Source: Octopus bimaculoides
Taxonomy: Eukaryota
Length of the DNA stretch: 64,000 bases
Assembly: GCF_001194135.2 (NCBI RefSeq)
Contig: NC_068995.1
Coordinates: forward strand, 44,562,697-44,626,696
Direction: 5' to 3'
The stretch's first letter is position 1; each line of letters starts with the position of its first letter. The notes under the pieces are model-generated. The model worked only from the letters and a program-made list of their open reading frames with translations. It did no database searches and was not told the origin of the DNA. Both the position numbers and the translations under genes were made by a program. This document shows, piece after piece, positions 25,229-37,235 of the stretch.

Positions 25229-26834
25229 CTTTGGAATAAATACAGAAGTAGAAATAAAGAAAACAAAAGAAAAAATGTTGAAGAAAGACAGGAAGACTGA
25301 AGGTTGATAATAAATTCAGTACATATATATATATATATATACCATATAAATATCACACACACACACATATATATATATGAAAGAGAGAGAGAGTAATAAG
25401 GCATTATGAAAGGAAATAAATGCATAAACAAAATGTAGACATCTGGCAAGTATGGAATTATAATGTTTACTTTTATTATTATTATTATTATCAGTCAAAA
25501 ACTGTAGAACTAAACACCAGATGTTAATGGTTAAACACTTCATGTTACATAGCTAAACACCACAGCCAACATAACTAAACACTATATTTTTTACAACTTA
25601 ATATCTTCATAATAATAATAATAATAATCATAATTCTAATAATGTTTGTGCGTCATTGTTGATGATGACCAGGACATCATGAGAGAAGATGGGTCACAGT
25701 GTATCTGGCTGTGGCCAATGAGGGTACCAGTGGTCTGCTGGGAAAGAAAGGAAGGAGTTGGTTGGTTCTGAACTTGAGCAGCTCGTGTTTTCTTCATGCT
25801 CCTGCAATGTTATTCTGTTTATAGGGAGTGGCACCTCTGCTGCTGCAGCTATGGCAGGCAAGGGCTGTCCTGTGCTTGCATTTCCCAGGCGTCAAACTGG
25901 ACTACACCCACTCATGGTACCTATTGAATGATACAAATTGAACCTCACTACAACATCTATTGATGGTACCTACTGACATGCAAGTGAACTGAGTCTCATC
26001 ATTGCATCTATTGACAATACCTCTCACAACATCTACTGAGAAGTTACGTTGTTATAACTCAGCACAAGACATATTTACTGTTAAATGGAATGTACCTCAT
26101 CATTCTGTTGCACTGTTCCTCACCATGGTACCTAATTACAACTAGATGGAGTAAGTTCAATGAGAGTTAAGCGTTTTTCCTAGTATCTTTGGAAGATTGG
26201 CACCATAATAAATAACTGTATGTTTGTAGAGCTACATTAATATACCACTAAACCATAGCTCTCTTCAAACCAGACATGATTTTAATACAACAGTATTATA
26301 TGGTCTCCCTTCAAGCCAGACACGACGTATCTTTCCAGCTCACTACTGTTGCACAACTTACTTCTAATCATATATGATTGAGGTCATCATCATCATCATT
26401 TAATGTCTGCTTTCCATGCTGGCATGAGTTGAACAGTTTGACAAGAGCTGGCTAGGCAGAAGACTGCACCATGCATCGCTGTCTGTTTTGGCATGGTTTT
26501 TATAGCTGGATGCCCTTCCTAAAACCAATCACTTCACAGGGTGGACTCTGTAAAGCCTATTAATGCCTCATTACTGGCCAGCTCTCTTCTAGCTGCAAGG
26601 TCTAATAAATCTCTAAGGCCTCATTTATATACCAACCATTACCATAAAGCTCTCTTCTCACAGCCAAATATAGTGAATTTCTGTAAAGTCTTTATTGCGA
26701 AGCTCCTTTCTAGCTAGACTTGGTTCATGATTATCTTTGTAAAGTTTTGTTAATACACTGCTATTGCATAGCTCTCTTCTAATCAGACCTGACTATGACA
26801 AACAAACAGCTCTTTTATCTTTTCCTTGTGTGGC

Positions 26835-27215
26835 ATGGCCACTACCTTGAAGACATTTTAGTCAAATGAATCGCCCCCAGAACTTATATTTTTATAAAGC
26901 CTGGTATTTATTCTATCAGTCTCTTTTGCTAAACCACTAAGTTACAAAGATGTAAACACCGCAACACCAGTTAAGTAGTGAGGAGGTGGACAAACATAAA
27001 CACAAAGTCACACGCATACACATGTGTCATATGTATATATGCATGTGTGTATATACAAACACACACACATATAACAGGCTTCTTTCAGTTTCCATCTACC
27101 AAATTCACTCACAAAGCTTTAGTCAACCTGAAGCTATAGTAGAAGACACTTGTGCAAAGTGCCACGTAGTGGAACCGAACCTGGAAGCATGTAATTGGGA
27201 AGCAAACTTCTTTCT
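26835..27215 (-). mobile_element. SINE family A, diverged
   Basis: Reverse complement of family A with many substitutions. Confidence 0.78.
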
Positions 27216-27268
27216 GCCCCACACTCACACAAATGCAGACAACCACTCTTCAAAATGTTTGAGCTAAC

Positions 27269-27632
27269 CTTTTAGCAAAATTTTGCCAGATTCTTTCGAA
27301 GGAAATAATTTCATTTGTTTTCCACCACAAAATTTTTTTTTATATTTCTCTTTATGGCTCAAGTTGCACTGATTCGAAGATGTTAATTTCACGTCCCCTT
27401 CAGTTTTGGAACCTTTAGTGGCTTCAGGCATGAGTTTCTGCGAACTTTCTTTTTCTTCCATTTCGCAGTCTGCAGAAGAAACATCATCACCAGAGTTTCT
27501 TTCGCTATTTTTGTCTAGAATTGACATTTCTATATCTTTCTTGTTTGAATGTTCCAGACCATTCTCTGGCTGCATAAGGCACTTGTTTTCAGAATGTCTC
27601 CAAGACAAAATCTGTTTTGTGGAACCGAGTAA
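27269..27632 (-). CDS. FAM172A: FAM172A exon 2 (long acidic/low-complexity N-terminal insertion)
   Basis: ctcag|...|gttag, 364 nt open frame LLGSTKQILSWRHSENK...KILLK. The phase fits exons 1 and 3. Confidence 0.8.
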
Positions 27633-30010
27633 CTGAGGTTTAAAAAGAAAAAAAAGAGAAGGTAAATTTCTTTATTTACAGGAAATCAAACTATACACAC
27701 AATATATATAGTTCCTGTCTACTACTTAGACAGGAACTATACACAACAGCATACAGAAAATATACACAATATATACATGTAAAATATGCAGAACAATATA
27801 TACACAGGAAATATACGGAATCTATTACATATTTGTGGAAGTTAGTGTTCATCTTTTTTGACCCTCTTTCTGTACTAAGCAGCGATTGCCTACTACAGTG
27901 CAGAATCCCCATGCATTTTCTCTATTTTTTAATTTATTGTTTAGGATGAAACATTGATAATTTTGACTGACATGGCAGATAAATCAAGTTTAGGAAACAT
28001 TTCAAGTTCTATAAGTTGTATAACATCAGCTGCTAAGGAAATTAAAGGATGGTGTATTGTTGCAGATTCAGTTAACTGTGGTTGATTTGAAATTGGAAGA
28101 AATCTAGTAATTTTTGCAAGTTTTGGAGGTTTTAGGATTTCCGACCCAAAGCAGAGACAAGATTGATCTCTGTCATTTCATTGCTTTTTAATTTGAATTT
28201 TTTTTTAGTTCGGGCAAAATAAAATAGAATTTAAAAGAAAAAACTTTAAAGAAAGCAAACTATTAATAGCCATTATTTTGAAAAATTGAGTGTTCGGGGA
28301 ATTTGGAAAGACTTCCTCCGGTCTTTCTCAAAGACTAGCCAAAATGTCTGTTATTGCAAGTTTTGATAGGAGAAGATAATGTTATAATTGAAGTTGTGAT
28401 GGCAAAATACAATTATGAAAATCGAAGAAAGGACGTCAAATTCTCAATGCTAACGAAACGAGTTTCTAAGTGAAACTAATTTTTAAATGTGTGTGTGTGT
28501 GTGTGTGTGTAAGTACATATATCTTTGAATGTTCGCGTGAACCAGCTTCTTTTCCCTGGGAAGTTTAATTGACAAGTATTTTTTTAAGGAATGTCAAGGT
28601 AGTCAGTATCTGGTCTAAATGGCGCCAGTACGAACAGCAATCCCTATACATATGCGTGTGTGTGTGTGTGTAGATGGGACCAGAAGCAGAGTTAATAAAG
28701 TGTAAATGAATGAATAAATATGCATATGTGTGTGTGTAGGTACATATGTATAGGTATTCTTCTGAGCTTTCGTAGAATATAGATCTAGATTTCATCAGAG
28801 CTATTTTTGGTTTTTCATTGCTGCTGTCGCTGTTGTTGTTGTTGTTACTGTTGTCGTTGTTGACGATGTTTTTCGATTTTGCTTTTTTTTCCCCTTCATT
28901 CGGTATCATTTTTCCCCTCTACTAATTATTTTCTAAGGGAATTTTTGACCAGTCACTCTGTTTCATCTTCGTTACTATTTCACAAAATATATTATTTGTT
29001 CTCATTTAAGAAGAAAAGTTTGTCAGACTTCAATAAACGTATGGCGGGAACATTTTCGTAAATTGTATGTTGTAAATCTGAAGGTGTACCACTGAATAGT
29101 GGGAGGGGACAGAGCCCTTACCCCTAGCGACGAGCCAAATCACAGCTAGCATATCAACAGTCTAAAGGTATTTGGAAATTCTTTACTAAGTATACCTGTT
29201 TCCAAACTCTGATTGACAGACTTTCGGAATCGCTGTTAACTTTCATGGTAAAGGAAGAAGGCAAGGAATGCGATGATTATATCGTTCTGTGAAAGAAATC
29301 TGGTTTAAACAAAATTCAATCTTTTATATTTTTATTCCCCGCCAACTCCGCGCTCTCATTCCGTGATTTTCGGGTACTACACCCGTCTAGACGGGTGTAA
29401 GAATGCCGTGTAACAGTAATAATTTAGCGATATCTAACACGTTCAGAAACGTAATTCATAATACTTTCACTTTTCGTCCATTGAAATAGACATCCCAACA
29501 AAAAATGAATAAATAACACAGTTGCGATAAAAGATAAAAGCTTTTCCTTTCGTGGGGGGCCCGGAAACGAAGAAGCGCCATAAAAAGTCTTAGAAAATCC
29601 GAAAACCTATAAACTAGTAAAACAGACACCAAATACAGTGTATAATGGTTGTTTATCTATTTTCTACAGACAGTCTGTGGAATGGTGTTGAGTTGAGTTT
29701 AGTTGTTGCATGTGGTGGGGGAGCGACATGAGGAAATATATAAACATTACCTGAGATCCGAACAAGTAATTTCTAGTTATTCTCTTGGTTCAGTAATCGA
29801 TCAAAGCATAATACGGTAGGTTTTAGATGTGTGTGTATATTGTGAACTAAAGCAGAAATTCGATTAACTGAACGGAATCTTTAAATATTTCTAAACAAGT
29901 CGATGTATAAACGTTGCAGGGCGGAAATAACATGGCAACTTTTTTTTATACCCTTCGAGAAAAACGAATGTTGCATTAAAGACAAAGCCATCGAAATAAA
30001 AATAACTTAC

Positions 30011-30058
30011 CTTTAAAAGAGAGAGAAACAATAAAATAGTTTTAATGTCATGAAACAT
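30011..30058 (-). CDS. FAM172A: FAM172A probable exon 1 (start codon)
   Basis: ATG at 30058, MFHDIKTILLFLSLLK|gtaag, phase 0 matching exon 2. The full model is 1353 nt = 450 aa plus stop. Confidence 0.7.
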
Positions 30059-30794
30059 TAAACAAGTTTTACTTTCCACTTACGGTGTAACATTCCAATT
30101 ATGTCCCCGCGTCAAACTTATCCGCCACTAAATCTGCGCAATACTTGCAGTTTTTTTTGTTTTTTTGTATTTCAATTTACATATAGAATAATTTGTAATT
30201 AAATCGTTCTCAAGACTTTACTGGGCCTTTAATTACATCAGTCTCTGAAGGATGAAAAACAAACTTCTTTGCAACATGATCTGAACGTTTTTTTTTTTAA
30301 ATTAAAATTTTTTTTTTAACCTCTCCTTAGTGAGTGTAGCTATCTATCTATCTATCTATATANNNNNNNNNNNNNNNNNNNNNNNNNNNNNNNNNNNNNN
30401 NNNNNNNNNNNNNNNNNNNNNNNNNNNNNNNNNNNNNNNNNNNNNNNNNNNNNNNNNNNNNNNNNNNNNNNNNNNNNNNNNNNNNNNNNNNNNNNNNNNN
30501 NNNNNNNNNNNNNNNNNNNNNNNNNNNNNNNNNNNNNNNNNNNNNNNNNNNNNNNNNNNNNNNNNNNNNNNNNNNNNNNNNNNNNNNNNNNNNNNNNNNN
30601 NNNNNNNNNNNNNNNNNNNNNNNNTATATATATCCTTTATTTGCTGAATAACAAGACTACCGTTGGTTTCATGCCTGGAGTTCTCAGCGTGAAACCAATG
30701 GTAGCCTTGTTAACCGCTAAATGAAGGAAATTTATTCACTGACGTGGTGTTGAGCACTCATTCTTACTGTTCGATATTAGTGTGTGTGTGTGTG

Positions 30795-31258
30795 TAAATT
30801 AATAAATATCAGGAGAACAGAGATTTACATATCCAGGTTTTGTTATACAGTTAATCACATCTTTCGTTGTCAGTACTTACACATGTTCCCACTGCAAGCC
30901 AATGCACACTACAAATTGTACATCTTGATGTTAATTACCAGTGTTGCTTCATCGGGGAAAAATTTAACTGTATTTCAGATACCATCTGAAGAGAATATTA
31001 GCCCAACCAGAATTATTCATATGCGTGCGTGGTGAATAATTCTGGTTGGGCTTAATACTCCATTCAGATGGTATCTGAAATTCAGTTAAATTTTACCCTG
31101 ATGAAGCAGCATCAATAATTAACACCGAGATGCACAATTTGCAATGTGCACCACCTTGTAGCTGAAACTCTTGTAGGTGCTGACAAAGAAAAACGTGATT
31201 AAGTGTATAATAAAACGTGGGTATGTAAATCTCTGCTCTTCTGATATTTATTACTTTA
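30795..31258. repeat. 464-bp imperfect inverted repeat (foldback)
   Basis: Arms 30795-31019 and 31033-31258 are reverse complements, with a 13-nt loop at 31020-31032. Confidence 0.9.
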
Positions 31259-31433
31259 CTATTTTTTCTCTACCGACACAATGCAGTCTCTATAAAGAAA
31301 TTTGGATTTATCAAAGTGTTGAAGGTTGATCTCAAAGGAAATGACAGAGGACTGTACTCAATTGCTGTACTCAAGAAGACCTGCCCACCACAACAGAATT
31401 CAAATCTTAAAACCAAGTTTCCACATAAAAAGC

Positions 31434-31880
31434 TGTAAAAGTTTGATAGTTGTCATAGAGACTTTAGTCTCTCTATCACCTTTCAACATAATTATATATG
31501 AAGAGACAGTAGAACAATTAACAATATAATAAAAAGGTTTTATTTATGATGATGCTTGGTTTCACAATTCCTGTCATTCAGCTTAGCAGCTGCTGATTAA
31601 GTGGTAGTTTGGTAATGGAAGGTTAAGGGCTTCCTTGATGCCTGCCAGAGAAACAAGTAGCTATCACCATCGAAGGCATCGAGGTGAAGTGGTAATTCGT
31701 TGAGGAGCGAGGAGTTGTCACGTAGAAGGTCTGAGCTCAACTGCCTAACAAAGTGAAACTCTCTCTTTAAAAACCAGTTTTACTACGCATGCACACTCGA
31801 GGGGCTTCCGGTAGTGAAGTCCCCTGCGCATGCGCAGAATAGTACTTCCTCAATGGCGGCTATAATTTCGCCCCACTACA
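31434..31880 (-). mobile_element. Solo LTR (TGTA...TACA) with 4-bp TSD AAGC
   Basis: Reverse-complement paralog of 53088-53540 with the same termini. AAGC at 31430-31433 and 31881-31884. Confidence 0.82.
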
Positions 31881-32822
31881 AAGCATTGGTGTGGGTGCTG
31901 GTGTCACATAAAAAGCACTGGTGATAGTGCTATGTAAAAAGCACCCAGTGCACTCTGTAAAGTGGTTGGTGTTAGGAAGGGCATCCAGCCATAGAAACTA
32001 GGCCATAACAGATTATGGAACCTGGTGCAACACCTGGCTTTGCCAGTTCCTGTCAAGCTGTCCAACCCATGCCAGCATGGAAAGCAAACATTAAATGTTG
32101 TTGATGATAATGATGATGATGATTACCTCCTGCTACATTTTGTACCCTACCACTGCTCCTATATTTTTATCTTGTTCTTGCAGGTTTTCATTCCTATTGA
32201 AAACCCAATTTTGTTGAAAAATATTTGGCTTTTATGGGCAGGTAAATTTAATTAACAGGTGTTAAAGTAATAACATTATGGATAAACATTAAAACTGAAA
32301 TTCTTAATGCATCTTACCTGTTTGATTTGGGACTAAAATTATTCCAGATGGCAGCTGATAAAAATTTTGCCACTTTTCAAGATGAGGTACATTAATTTGA
32401 ATTAATTAAAATACAGGTATAATAAGCACAAGATTTTATTCTTTCAGTAAATATTTTGTACCTCGGTGGGGAATAATTTTTTCCAGATCTTTTTGGGTGC
32501 ATTCAAGATATCTGACCTCCAAACCCGCCGCAAGCCACTTTTTTCCTGAAAGAAAGGTGGGAGGAGTAGTGGGGACCTTGAAGTTTCCCACCAAGGAAGT
32601 TTTGTTTCGTGGATCTTTTTTTCTTTTCCAGGTTATTTTGCATGCTTTCAACAAATGTGACATCGAAATCACATGTAAACAGCTCCTTTTTCCAGAAAAG
32701 GAAAGATTTGGTGGCTATTTCTAGCATGCCCTGTTACCACATAACAGCTATTTGTTACCAGGTTTACTATTTGTTAGCTGTTACCATATAACAGCTAATC
32801 ACTACGCCATATACCCACAGGC

Positions 32823-33063
32823 ATATGGCGTAGTGGTTAAGAGCGTGGGCTACTAACCCCAAGATTCCGAGCTTGATTCCAAGCAGTGACCTGAACAATA
32901 ACAACAATAATAATAATAATAATAACATCGAAAAATACCTTAGGAATGAGAACCTAGATTTGAAATTTCCCCAAGACACCTGAAGAAGGCTGGAGGGTAT
33001 ATCAGCCGAAACATGTTAACAAACAAGATGAGGACAAATATCTGTTGAGTGTAAATAATGTAA
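32823..33063 (+). mobile_element. tRNA-headed SINE-like element with a hammerhead-like core
   Basis: A-box TGGCGTAGTGG and a degenerate B-box, (AAT)n, then CTGAAGA-A-GGCTG/CAGCC-GAAAC at 32980-33012. Confidence 0.65.
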
Positions 33064-33495
33064 ATAACAGCTATTTGTATTCACACCGAGACATTTACCA
33101 AGTTTTTTCCCTCCATTTATTTTTCCATTTTATGGAAGCCAATATTTACTCTGTTGACATCCACCTCAGTTAATTTTGCTTTTCTCCCAGTTCTGTGCTT
33201 TCTGGAAAAAAAGCCAGTTCAGTGCTTTCTGCAAGAGAAGCCCTCACATTATCTCAAAGCTATGAGAATTCACTAACGCAATTTATTTATGTTTTAAAAG
33301 ATTTCGTAGAGGAATTAGATACAACTGGTTTTGGCTGGTTTAAAACACTAAAGGGTTAAAAAGTACCAAAACTATAAAATTTGGCCTTTTTGAGGACTTT
33401 AGAACCCTACAATTATATTCTCAATCGCAGAATAATGCTAATAATATAGCCTGAACAGGATAAACTATCCCTATTTTGCAGAGAAAAGTGTAGGT

Positions 33496-33570
33496 GGCTA
33501 GCTGTGGACTCGAACTCACATCCCCGTGATTACATGTCACGATGCTTTGACCAATTAAGCTAAACTACCC
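33496..33570 (-). pseudogene. tRNA-Thr(UGU)-like sequence (pseudo-tRNA or SINE head)
   Basis: Anticodon stem CGTGA/TCACG with loop CATGTAA, and D- and T-box motifs. It has A instead of U33, an acceptor-stem mismatch and a T-stem deletion. Confidence 0.5.
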
Positions 33571-33930
33571 ACTACAAATTCCTCTGCAAATTAAGATATA
33601 AAAATCTCGCTTTATGAGACGCTCTCATATGTTAAATTCAAATTACGACAAACGTAAATAAACAAACGAAGTTTGCTTTTAGAAGCGTTGAGATGTCTTT
33701 GAGAATTTAAAATCACTTCTTTATAATTTTAGTCTAATTACAGAGATGAGTTAAAGTGAGAGAGATTCTATAAATGAAGGAGTCAAAATTTTTTGTGTCA
33801 TCTCCACACCCTTGACAGCTACAAGACTTAATACAGAGCCCTGATAGCAACAAGAATTTAATACAGAGAGTAGACAAGGTTTGTAATATTTATTGTTGTA
33901 TTTAAACTATACAAAAAACAGTCAACTACT

Positions 33931-34135
33931 TTAATGTTTCCTTCTTTCAAACATTATGTCATACATGTCGTGCTTGCCAATGTGAGCCAAATATTCTTTT
34001 AACGACGGCTCGATGAATCTATCTCGGAGATTGTGGAAAATAGGTTCACCATTCAAAGTGCCAACTTTCCAGTTTGGAACATCTTTCATGAGTTCTTTCT
34101 CTTCCTGGCGGTTGTCTCTCAGTCTTCTTAAATAC
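33931..34135 (-). CDS. NDUFA13: NDUFA13/GRIM-19 exon 4 (last)
   Basis: tgcag|: YLRRLRDNRQEEKELMKDVPNWKVG...FERRKH*. Confidence 0.95.
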
Positions 34136-34790
34136 CTGCATAGACAAACAGATCCAGAATAATAAAAATCAATTACAAGAAGCATTAATTAATTACTTAT
34201 TCCTGAATAATTTTTTACACCAACTTACAAGAAAATTTTTAAAAATATATATATAATTGAAATTAAACACATTTTTATTTTCACATTAAAAATAATTTTT
34301 TTTTTTACATGTATTTTATCAAGTTAGTGAGGATGGGTTTTGAAATTTTGTAATTTTTCTATGTGAATTTTTGGAGTAAGTATTTCCCAAAATAGATGAT
34401 GAACTGGTATAGTTGTTGAGGCATCAAACTGATTTGTGGTTTTAATCCTGACTCTTTGCTTTCATCATCATCATCTTTGTCATCTGACGTTTGTATTCCA
34501 TGCTGGCATGGGTTGGACGGTTTGACTGAGGACTGGCAAGCCAGAAGGCTGTACCAGGCTCCAATCTGATCTGGCAAATCCTTCAAATCACTGTCTAAGA
34601 TTAAGAGTAAGATTATACAAGTAGAACTGGTTGTTATAAATGGACTTATATCCATACTTCCTTCATTTGATCCAGTCTTTAATGTAACATTACATAGTTG
34701 TTTCCTACGTCTAGTGTTTATTACATCTATCCAACAACTCCACGCCAGTCTTTGTCACCAAACAAGTAAACAAATAAGAAATATACTTAC

Positions 34791-34862
34791 ATTCTATCAA
34801 CTTCAGCTAGAAATAGAGGTTCTACAGCATTCCTGGCATCCTGCATCTCAAGCCTGTAACGT
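34791..34862 (-). CDS. NDUFA13: NDUFA13 exon 3
   Basis: tacag|...|gtaag, 72 nt: RYRLEMQDARNAVEPLFLAEVDR(M). Confidence 0.95.
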
Positions 34863-35932
34863 CTGTAGAAAGAATATTTTATTATATATACATATATATA
34901 TGTGTGTGTGCAGACATTATTATCCATAGTGAGAGCTAGCAGTGACCTTCATTAGGCAGAGTGCAGAGTGACATTGTGGCGTTGTTTACTTCACAAGTTG
35001 TGAAATAGGTATTTTTTGTGATCTTCAGGGTGGATATATGTAATTTTAAAACACACAACTCTTCAGTTCCTGGCCATCTCTGGATAATATTTTTGAAAAT
35101 ATAGGTTGCCTGTGAAGACATTGATTGATACTGCCATACATAAAGACAGACAGATTGAGTGTGTTGAAATGGTTGAAATTATTGCTATTTAACCATTGTA
35201 CTGTAGTAAATGACGGTGTGTAGCCTAGTGGTTAAGTTGTTTGATCTGCAATCATAAGGCCATGGGTTCGATACCTATACTTGGTGGTACATTGCAGATA
35301 CATCCTCAATGTTTGGCTGGGTCAAGGATGCCAGGCCCAAGAATGAGTCTATATTTTTATGCAACTACACAAACACCAAAAACAACTGACAAAAGTGTGG
35401 TAGTAACTACCAGCTAAGATTCTTTTTCGAGTGATAGCTAAGCTTCTCCTCTTCACAGTAGAAAAGTAGTTCTAGGTAATAAGAGCTGATGTATGACAGA
35501 AAACAGTTAATTTGTCATGGTTTTTACATCTGGATATATTTTCTGTCCTCAACCACTTTACAGCATCATCTAGGTGCATTTTATCACGCCACCAACACAA
35601 AATAGTCCCCCTTTGAGAATTACTGCAATTACAGATTGGTCTCCGCAGTGATTATTGTCTTCTAATTAATTATCCAGAATACTTTTCAGAATACTGTTGA
35701 CTACGTTGGAGAAACAGAATACAGAATGAGAGAGGATTCATCATTAGAACAAGTCTTATAATGTTAAAAGGCAGATGGGATTGAGAAGGCCACAGTCACT
35801 GCTTTAGTAGAATATTTAGGAAACAAAACGTAACAGTAACAATAAAAAATAAACATGCAATTTGTCCAACAGCCTCATGTGATCCACACTCATTCACATA
35901 TTATATGTTACATATTAAAAAAATTTACGTAC

Positions 35933-36011
35933 TTCCAGTGTTTAGCTTGGAAAGTCCATACAGTGTAACCAGCCAGAGAGAGAGCAATAAAGGTAGAAAA
36001 CTTGAAAAATC
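35933..36011 (-). CDS. NDUFA13: NDUFA13 exon 2 (transmembrane helix)
   Basis: tgcag|...|gtacg, 79 nt: (G)FFKFSTFIALSLAGYTVWTFQAKHW(K). Confidence 0.93.
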
Positions 36012-36382
36012 CTGCAAAAGGAAATAAAATCATTAACGATAACTTTTAGCCTAGATAAAAGGTCATAAAATAGATGGAGCATAGCAGAGAATTATAAAGA
36101 CATGCACCTCATATTCTCTCAGTTATGGTAAAAAATATCAAACTTTTTTTTCATATATATATAGCAACCATTTAATATCCACTTTTTCATGCTTGCTTCA
36201 AGCCTAAGAGAATTCACTGAGGTAGAATTTTATGGCCAGAATGTCCTTCCTGTCGCTAAACATCATGCACAATACGTCCTCAGATGAATTTTTTAAAGAT
36301 TTCCTGTGTCGTCTGCTGAAGAACAAAATCTAATAGAATCACTATTATAGTCGTTCAAACAACAATATCTTTGTTAAATACT

Positions 36383-36593
36383 CTTACTCTTTTACTTGTT
36401 TCAGCCATTTGACTGTGGCCATGCTGGAGCACCGCCTTTAGTCGAGCAATTCGACCCCAGGACTTATTCTTTGTAAGCCTAGTACTTATTCTATCAGTCT
36501 GTTTTGCTGAACCGCTAAGTTACGGGGACGTAAACACACCACCATTGGTTGTCAAGCGATGGTGGGGTGACAAACACAGACACACAAACATAT

Positions 36594-36627
<34 letters not shown>

Positions 36628-36780
36628 ATATATATATACGACGAGCTTCTTTCAGTTTCCATCTACCAAATCCACTCACAAGACTTTGGTCGGCCCGAGA
36701 CTATAGTAGAAGACACTTGTCCAAGGTGCCACGCAGTGAGACTGAACCTAGAAACATGTGGTTGGTGAGCAAGCTACTTA
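36383..36780 (-). mobile_element. SINE family A, full length, in NDUFA13 intron 1
   Basis: Reverse complement of family A. Further partial copies lie at about 12775-12925(-), 16040-16310(-), 21770-21970(-), 38465-38660(+), 39650-39945(+), 56884-57132(+) and 61424-61593(+). Confidence 0.88.
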
Positions 36781-37135
36781 TACAATTACATAGTTTATAA
36801 GTTTAAAAAAATGTGCCAGTATACAGATTGGGAGAATTGTTATTATTGTTTATTGAGAAAACTTAAATATTGTTCGTGTTTGTATTGCTAAGCTCTCTAT
36901 CGTTCGAAATTCTTCGGAAACAAACAGAATATGCATGAAGAAATTTCGTACAAGAACGAGCAAAAGGAAATGAAGATGATAATTTATAATTAGTGAGAGA
37001 TCAGCAATATTTATATTTCAATAATTGGAAAGTAATTTAACTTTAAGAGGTTTGTCAAGGGCACAAGTACAATGTCAGAATCACAAGGAATTCTGAGGCC
37101 AAATAACATGAATAGCTATCTTTTATTGTACGTAC

Positions 37136-37235
37136 CGCTGGGACCTCGTTTAGCAACTTCCTTCATCCATTTAATGGAACCATATCCTCCCTGCGGAGGT
37201 AAATCTTGTTTGAAACTGCTGCTAGCACTGGACAT
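37136..37235 (-). CDS. NDUFA13: NDUFA13 exon 1
   Basis: ATG at 37235: MSSASSSFKQDLPPQGGYGSIKWMKEVAKRGPS|gtacg. The KQD(M/L)PP.GGY motif is diagnostic. Total 456 nt = 151 aa plus stop. Confidence 0.95.

Noticed and set aside
28565-28909. 114-aa minus ORF as the FAM172A first exon
   Set aside because: Built from (AAC)n and (CA)n microsatellites, with no good donor in phase.
33496-33570. Functional tRNA-Thr gene
   Set aside because: It lacks U33 and has stem defects, so it is kept only as a pseudo-tRNA or SINE head.
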